From a virus, in the IMG/VR virus record IMGVR_UViG_3300028030_000010, positions 12,441-76,440 of that record: 64,000 bases of DNA. One strand, written 5' to 3'. Position numbers and translations under genes: made by a program. The notes under the pieces are model-generated. The model had not been told where the DNA came from, did not search any database, and was given only the letters and a program-made list of their open reading frames with translations. This document shows positions 58,662 to 64,000 of this stretch, piece after piece; the first letter of the stretch is position 1; each line of letters starts with the position of its first letter.

Positions 58662-60566
58662 TTATTTAAAAGCTAATTCATCTATTCTATCTAAAACATA
58701 TTTTAGCCTAAGATTAGGCTTTTGTCCAACAACAACGTATCTTATTATAGAATCTATAATTCCAGAACTGTTTGTGTCTAAATTTTCCAAATCTAAACCT
58801 GAGTCTTCTAAAATATTAACAAAAATATAAGATTCAAAATGTTTTATTTCATAATCTATTCCTAACTCTTTTTTAGTTCCTAAGAACTCTAAAGGTTTTG
58901 ATATATCTAATAACTCATATTCGTAGTCCTTAGTTATAGTAGCTAATATAATATTTGAATTATTTATCTTTTTAGACATGTCTCTAAGTTTTGAAAAACT
59001 CACATACTTAATGAAACCTGAAGCGTTTGTTAAATGCTCAATCAATTTATTAGCACTTTTTTGAGAATCAACATTGATTATTATTTTCTTATTAGATGAA
59101 AACAAAGCTTTAATAATTGATATATAATAATCTGATATTTCTTCTGGAACTTTGTTTATTAGAGTGCTTAATGTTTTGTATTCTTTACCTTTTAATGAGC
59201 AAAATTTTCCTACAGGAAATATACCTTGTTCTAAAAGCAAATCTATGTTATAAAATTCATTTTTACTAACAACAGCATATTTTTCTCCTATTTTAAAAAT
59301 GCCATCATATCTAATATCACTTAAAACTGGGAGGTTTTGACTAGATATTTTAATTTTATTAAAAACCATGTTTAGTATTTCTTTTTCACTTATTCCATTA
59401 AGTTTTTCAAAAACATTTTTTATCTTTTTAACTTGTTCTTGTAACTCTTGTTTGGAAATAAAATTGTTTCTACCTGCTTCTGTTAAAGATACAGACTCGT
59501 AAAAATCATTATGTTTATAAATTAACTCATTAGCGGTTAAAAAATTATTATGCTTAACAGCTTTTAGCTCTAAATTCAAAAACTGAAACAAGTCAACAGT
59601 TTTTAAAGCACGTATTTGTTTGATTCTAGAAATGAGTTTCTTTGGCAATTGAGATTGAGCTTTTACTGCAAACATTTGAAAATCTTCTGCAGACATATTT
59701 GATATTAAGCTTTCAATTTCTAATATTTTGTCATTCCAACCTTTGTATGTTTTCAAATAGTCTATCAAATAATCATACACAGGTTTTTTATTGATAGTTA
59801 GCTCGCTAAAATATGGTAACTCTGTTTTAAATACATAATTTATTTTAGAGTGTTTAGTTTCGTTAATATTTACTTTAGTGATTAAATTTTCAAAATTGTA
59901 TATTTCAGGGTTATCTTGAGAAAAGATAGTAATAGAATTGTCTAAATTTTTATCAACTAACAGTTCTATTTGTTGACCATTCAATAAAAATTCAGCAAAC
60001 TTATCAAGTTTTAATGGAAGCATCTTATTGGTGTAAGATGGTATAGATGAAACAAATCCAAAATTAGAATCAAATGTAGCCCCAGAAACTATTTTTGACG
60101 GATCTATATGAAGAAATACTTTGTGACCAGAGTAAATTCTGGCATTTCCAAATAAAAAAGCATAGTTTTTAATTATATCTTCAGAAAATTTAGAATATAA
60201 TTCATCCAGGTCCGGCATGATGAATTCGTTTGAATTAGAATCGAACCCTATTTCAGGTAAGATATAAGACAGTAAATATGCGCTTTTTCCAATAACCTCG
60301 TTATATGCTTTTAAACTTATGAAATTGACAAAATTTTTCTCTCCAATTTTAGAAAAGAACACATTTAGAGAGTGATAAATATCTTTTTCTTTAACAACAA
60401 TATCGATCAAATCGATTATATCAGTTCCTATTCCATAATCTGTTTTGTATATTTTGTTATTAAAGTTGAGAGTTACATTACTTTTAGAAAAAAAATCTAA
60501 CACTTTGATTTTATTTAATTCTAAAAAATTCCACAGTTTACTATTAAAGCTATAATAATCAAACAA
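58662..60566 (-). CDS. Hypothetical protein (about 635 aa)
   Basis: Likely TTG start at 60566 after AAGGAGG; minus-strand TGCTATAAT at 60606-60598; no catalytic motif recognised. Confidence 0.6.
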   Translation of the reverse strand: MFDYYSFNSKLWNFLELNKIKVLDFFSKSNVTLNFNNKIYKTDYGIGTDIIDLIDIVVKEKDIYHSLNVFFSKIGEKNFVNFISLKAYNEVIGKSAYLLSYILPEIGFDSNSNEFIMPDLDELYSKFSEDIIKNYAFLFGNARIYSGHKVFLHIDPSKIVSGATFDSNFGFVSSIPSYTNKMLPLKLDKFAEFLLNGQQIELLVDKNLDNSITIFSQDNPEIYNFENLITKVNINETKHSKINYVFKTELPYFSELTINKKPVYDYLIDYLKTYKGWNDKILEIESLISNMSAEDFQMFAVKAQSQLPKKLISRIKQIRALKTVDLFQFLNLELKAVKHNNFLTANELIYKHNDFYESVSLTEAGRNNFISKQELQEQVKKIKNVFEKLNGISEKEILNMVFNKIKISSQNLPVLSDIRYDGIFKIGEKYAVVSKNEFYNIDLLLEQGIFPVGKFCSLKGKEYKTLSTLINKVPEEISDYYISIIKALFSSNKKIIINVDSQKSANKLIEHLTNASGFIKYVSFSKLRDMSKKINNSNIILATITKDYEYELLDISKPLEFLGTKKELGIDYEIKHFESYIFVNILEDSGLDLENLDTNSSGIIDSIIRYVVVGQKPNLRLKYVLDRIDELAFK

Positions 60567-60652
60567 AAAACGCCTCCTTATTTTAGCTCCTTGCAAAATT
60601 ATAGCAAAAAAACTTACGATTTAAAGTTTTTTTTGTAAAATTTCGAAAGTAA

Positions 60653-60663
60653 TGTGTTATATA
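60653..60663 (+). promoter_or_regulatory. TGTGTTATATA motif, copy 3, upstream of the replication operon
   Basis: Ends 34 nt before the initiator ATG. Confidence 0.5.
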
Positions 60664-60697
60664 AAACAGCCTTAAAAAAAAATCAAAGGAGTTTGTT

Positions 60698-61564
60698 ATG
60701 TTTATAAATGGCAACAAAGGGAAATTTACAATAGTCCCTAATGAAATTTTTAAAAAGGGATTATCTCTTAAAGCAATAGGATTGTATGTTTATCTAAACT
60801 CAAAGCCAGAAGACTGGAATTTCACTTATAAAGGTATAAGCTCTCAACTAAAAGAAGGAGAGAAAGCAATTAGAGGTGCAGTTAAGGAACTAGTGAAGGC
60901 GAAGATGTTAATTAGAATTCCAAAAAAAGGAGACAATGGTGAATTTAATGGCTGGATATGGGTAATAAACCCAACCAAAGAACATTTAAAACATATAGAC
61001 CCCTCTATGAAAGCTTCTGACGGAACTTGCCATTACGGTCATGACCAAAACGGAAATGACCGTAACGGTCATGACCAAAACGGTAAGTTCCTAAGTAATA
61101 CTATAGAAGTAAATACTATAGAAGTAAATAATAAGAGAGAGAGTATAGATACTTATACTAGTAAAGATACTAATTATAGAGAGAGAAAATTTTTTGACGA
61201 AAAGAAGCAAAAAATTTATGAAGACACTCTCTCTCATTTTAAATTTAGCGAAATAAAACAATTAGGTGGAGATGAAAGGTTCATAGAAGAGTTGATAAGA
61301 TATAGAGACGAAATAGGAAAACCATTTAAAAGTGTAAGAGGTGTTGTTGGCGTTTTAAATGACATAATAAATTGTTATAAAACTCATAAAATGAGTATAC
61401 AAGAAATATTTGAATTAATGTCATCTAACGAATGGAAGACAATTAAACCTACATATAGTTGCTTTGAAAAACCAAAACAGCTAAAAGGAAAAGTAAACCC
61501 TATAGAGCAAGGGAAACAGATGCTAGAAAAATGGTATGCAAATAAAGGAGGTAACAATGAATAA
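60698..61564 (+). CDS. Phage replication initiator (N-terminal wHTH, lambda O/replisome-organiser type)
   Basis: FTIVPNEI...LSLKAIGLYVYLNSKPEDWNF...ELVKA; central repeat linker; C-terminal NEWKTI. Confidence 0.8.
   Translation: MFINGNKGKFTIVPNEIFKKGLSLKAIGLYVYLNSKPEDWNFTYKGISSQLKEGEKAIRGAVKELVKAKMLIRIPKKGDNGEFNGWIWVINPTKEHLKHIDPSMKASDGTCHYGHDQNGNDRNGHDQNGKFLSNTIEVNTIEVNNKRESIDTYTSKDTNYRERKFFDEKKQKIYEDTLSHFKFSEIKQLGGDERFIEELIRYRDEIGKPFKSVRGVVGVLNDIINCYKTHKMSIQEIFELMSSNEWKTIKPTYSCFEKPKQLKGKVNPIEQGKQMLEKWYANKGGNNE
61020..61130 (+). repeat. Putative origin repeats (iterons) inside the initiator gene
   Basis: Five ACGG-led 15-bp units at 61020-61094 (two identical, ACGGTCATGACCAAA, containing the palindrome GGTCATGACC), then AATACTATAGAAGTA x2 at 61097-61126. 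Confidence 0.7.
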
Positions 61565-62225
61565 CTGGAACTATGAAAAAGACTTTCCTGTTTTTGTCAA
61601 GATTATGACGGGAGTTGCAACTTTACTAAGAGTTCCTCTGCTTTCTGAAGAAGAAATGGAAATTTATTATAAATATCTATCTACAAAATTCGACAGTGTG
61701 ATAGAATTCTCAAAAGCTGCTGACCTATTGATAGAAAATGCGGACAAAGTGTTTGATAGTAGAAAAGAATTTCCAAGAGCAACAAGTTTTTTACAATTTA
61801 AAGATATGAGTATTGATGAAAAAGAAATAGAACTTATTGCTATTGATGCCTGGAATGTTGCTTTAGATACTGCCATAATTTATGGAGAAAGGGTTAATCC
61901 TGCATTCAATGATATTATTATTAACAACACAATCAATAAAATGGGTGGCTGGAGGGAATTTTGCACAAGAGTATCATATTCCATCACTAATGAAGATTTA
62001 AGGAGAAGGGATAAAGCTAAGGATGAATTTTTAAAAATATATAAAAATTTGGCTCTTACAGGCCGTATAAGAAACGAAAAGCTAGTTGGGGTAGGTAATG
62101 TACCTAAAGCCATAGATTTGCCTTATACGCCTCTAAAAATGCAAAATATGATAGAAAACAAAATGAGTAACAACGAAAATGTTGATAACAAAATAAAACA
62201 GCTAGCAAATTTAAAAAAAATATAA
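61557..62225 (+). CDS. DUF6475-like protein; possible helicase loader partner of the initiator
   Basis: FPRAT...AWNV...FNDIIINNTINKMGGWREFC...EFLKIY; start at 61557 after AAGGAGG. Confidence 0.65.
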   Translation: MNNWNYEKDFPVFVKIMTGVATLLRVPLLSEEEMEIYYKYLSTKFDSVIEFSKAADLLIENADKVFDSRKEFPRATSFLQFKDMSIDEKEIELIAIDAWNVALDTAIIYGERVNPAFNDIIINNTINKMGGWREFCTRVSYSITNEDLRRRDKAKDEFLKIYKNLALTGRIRNEKLVGVGNVPKAIDLPYTPLKMQNMIENKMSNNENVDNKIKQLANLKKI

Positions 62226-62241
62226 AGAAAGGAGTTGGAAA

Positions 62242-63210
62242 ATGAAAAAATTTCCGTGTTTTGAATGTATAAAAGTTAATAATGGTGGTTGCTGCACAAT
62301 ACATCCTATAGCAACATTAGAAGAGGCTGCAAAAATAGCATATAAACATATGAATGTTATAAATGAAAGAAATATTGCTGTTAATAGAGTAAATGATGCG
62401 TATCAGTTTACGTGGAAAAATAAAAAACTTTGCCCATTCTTAGATCTAAATAAAGGTTGTCTTATTTATGAGGACAGACCGAAAATTTGTAGAGATTTTG
62501 GAGAAACAATAGGCGTCTGTCCATACAGTGGAGAAGAAACTGTTAAAGAAAAGAGAGAGCAGATACAAATTCCTTTTAAAGATGCTTTTAAATATGTGTC
62601 AACTCATTTAATTAGTACTAAAAAGCCAATTAAAGAGTTGGACATTAAAAAAACTGTTAGAATGTTAAAAAATAAAGAGATATGGCATTTAGCTATTGTA
62701 GCAAATCAATTGTCGATTTTTAGAGACAAAGAAAATCCATACTTTGAAAACGAATATGAATATAATTTTGTGGTTGGAAAAGAAGGTGCAAAACCTGCTC
62801 AGATAAATAAATTCAAACCTAAGCATATTGAACTTAATGCCCTATCGAAGGTATACAACTTTATTTATAGAAAAATAAGTATCATGGATTATGATGCTGC
62901 AGAAATGTGGGCTGATAAAATAAATAAAGCAATTGCGCAAGTTCCAGAATTTAATTTGATAGATAACAAAGAACTGGAAACATTATTATTTGCTGTTTTG
63001 TATTTAAGAAAATTTAAAACAACTTTTAAAGGAAAAAAGGAAGAGTTCAAAGGGATAGTAAATACCGATGAAATAAGGATGGCTGAGAAATTTATTTTTA
63101 AAGAGTGTGGAATAGATGAAGAAGGACTAATGGCATATTCTAATGAGATAGTTGTTAAAATGATGAAATTTGTAGATATGATATATAGAATAATTCAAAA
63201 TTTAAAATAA
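62242..63210 (+). CDS. YkgJ-family CxxCxxCC metal-cluster protein
   Basis: CFEC...GGCC...CPFL...CLIYEDRPKICRDF. Confidence 0.8.
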   Translation: MKKFPCFECIKVNNGGCCTIHPIATLEEAAKIAYKHMNVINERNIAVNRVNDAYQFTWKNKKLCPFLDLNKGCLIYEDRPKICRDFGETIGVCPYSGEETVKEKREQIQIPFKDAFKYVSTHLISTKKPIKELDIKKTVRMLKNKEIWHLAIVANQLSIFRDKENPYFENEYEYNFVVGKEGAKPAQINKFKPKHIELNALSKVYNFIYRKISIMDYDAAEMWADKINKAIAQVPEFNLIDNKELETLLFAVLYLRKFKTTFKGKKEEFKGIVNTDEIRMAEKFIFKECGIDEEGLMAYSNEIVVKMMKFVDMIYRIIQNLK

Positions 63211-63222
63211 AAGGAGACAAAT

Positions 63223-63774
63223 ATGAAAAAAATCGTTTTTGTTCTACTTATGGTAAGTTTTGCATTTTCTTTGAATTATGAAAAAGCATTCTCTAAATTA
63301 ACATTAAGACAGCAATTGTTTTTGTACATAGTTTATCAACATGCTAAAAAAACAAAATACAAATGGACTCTCACGGCTATAGCATGGAAAGAAACCTTAG
63401 CCGGGGAAGCTCTTGTTAATGTTTTTGATGGGGGGGAAGATGATGCAGCTTGCGGGCCGTATCATAATTTGTTGTCATCAGTCTTTGAAAGGCACCCAGA
63501 ATGGGTCAAGACAAAGTTCAACATGAATAAAATTTGCACTAGATTGATTACTGATATTAATTTCGCTACAAAGGAGGCTGTAGATGAGTTAAATTACTGG
63601 TACAGAGTGAGAAAAGGAAACTGGTTCAAAGTTTGGGCATCTTACAATGGAGGAACAAAATATAAGAAAGGAGAAAAGTATGCTTATGATATTTACATGA
63701 GAATAAAAGCTCTAAAGAAAATCATTGGTAAAAGATGGGATTATGGATTTATAAAACTATCACATAATCGTTGA
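63223..63774 (+). CDS. Secreted lytic transglycosylase (SLT)-like protein
   Basis: Signal peptide; AIAWKET (catalytic Glu), GPYH, ASYNGG. Confidence 0.75.
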   Translation: MKKIVFVLLMVSFAFSLNYEKAFSKLTLRQQLFLYIVYQHAKKTKYKWTLTAIAWKETLAGEALVNVFDGGEDDAACGPYHNLLSSVFERHPEWVKTKFNMNKICTRLITDINFATKEAVDELNYWYRVRKGNWFKVWASYNGGTKYKKGEKYAYDIYMRIKALKKIIGKRWDYGFIKLSHNR

Positions 63775-63845
63775 TTTTTGCATTAGAATAAGGTTGATTT
63801 AAGATTGCTTTTGTAAAATTTTAAATAAAATAAAAGGGAGCTGAT

Positions 63846-64000
63846 ATGGACAGCAAGAAAGAGTTTAAATCTACAAAATCTTTATACGGTGTAGATCCTG
63901 AATATTTCTGTGGAATGAGTTATATTGATGTGATAAAAGAAAAAATAAAACTATCCACAAACAGGATAAAAGAACTAGTTGATAAGATAGATGTTTCTTT
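63846..64000 (+). CDS. Hypothetical protein, 3'-truncated by the window edge
   Basis: GGGAG RBS; MDSKKEFKSTKSLYGVDPEYFCG... open to the end. Confidence 0.6.
   Translation, partial: MDSKKEFKSTKSLYGVDPEYFCGMSYIDVIKEKIKLSTNRIKELVDKIDVS

Larger units (their letters stand above)
1..64000. mobile_element. Segment of a large myovirus-like phage, prophage or phage-plasmid encoding its own multisubunit RNAP
   Basis: Contains portal, prohead protease, tail sheath, tape measure, holin/endolysin, phage-type replication initiator and divergent RNAP subunits. No host operons; the element's ends are not in the window. Confidence 0.93.

Noticed and set aside
58662-60596. DNA primase/helicase
   Set aside because: Only a faint GTDIIDL echo; no Zn-finger cysteines, TOPRIM or Walker motifs found.
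113-62304. Many short antisense or overlapping ORFs in the ORF track (e.g. 3488-3751, 11097-11459, 14874-15269, 27728-28156, 28901-29329, 35581-35886)
   Set aside because: They lie within or opposite long genes, mostly have the F/S/L/I-rich shadow composition, and lack RBSs.
1-64000. Stop-codon reassignment
   Set aside because: Coding density is high under code 11, and TAA, TAG and TGA all end genes at tightly packed junctions.

Overview
AT-rich (roughly 25-30% GC by eye), densely coding 64-kb segment of a large contractile-tailed (myovirus-type) phage, prophage or phage-plasmid. No host housekeeping block, rRNA, tRNA or CRISPR array was recognised. The extended -10 promoters without an obvious -35, flanking A/T tracts and AAGGA RBSs suggest a Campylobacterota-like host (inference only). 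The main system is a phage-encoded bacterial-type multisubunit RNA polymerase with an unusual layout: beta is fused to the N-terminal catalytic half of beta' (39331-43644, AADYDGD, first Zn finger deleted), the beta' C-terminal half is a separate gene about 25 kb away on the other strand (12754-14520), and there is a sigma70-family factor (5329-5970). Virion genes are scattered on both strands: portal, prohead protease, neck proteins, sheath, tube, spike, hub, gp25-like wedge, tape measure and a beta-helix tailspike. No terminase large subunit, major capsid protein or RNAP alpha subunit was recognised in the window. Other notable signals: a recurring L-x-K-x-A motif in candidate head-internal proteins (possible protease cleavage code); an unannotated -1 frameshift in the tail chaperone; a histidine kinase/receiver pair in the holin operon; two structured intergenic RNAs behind a shared TGTGTTATATA motif, one encoding a 36-aa hydrophobic peptide; and a lambda-O-like initiator with internal repeats. 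All functional calls come from motif recognition by eye; no database searches were run.
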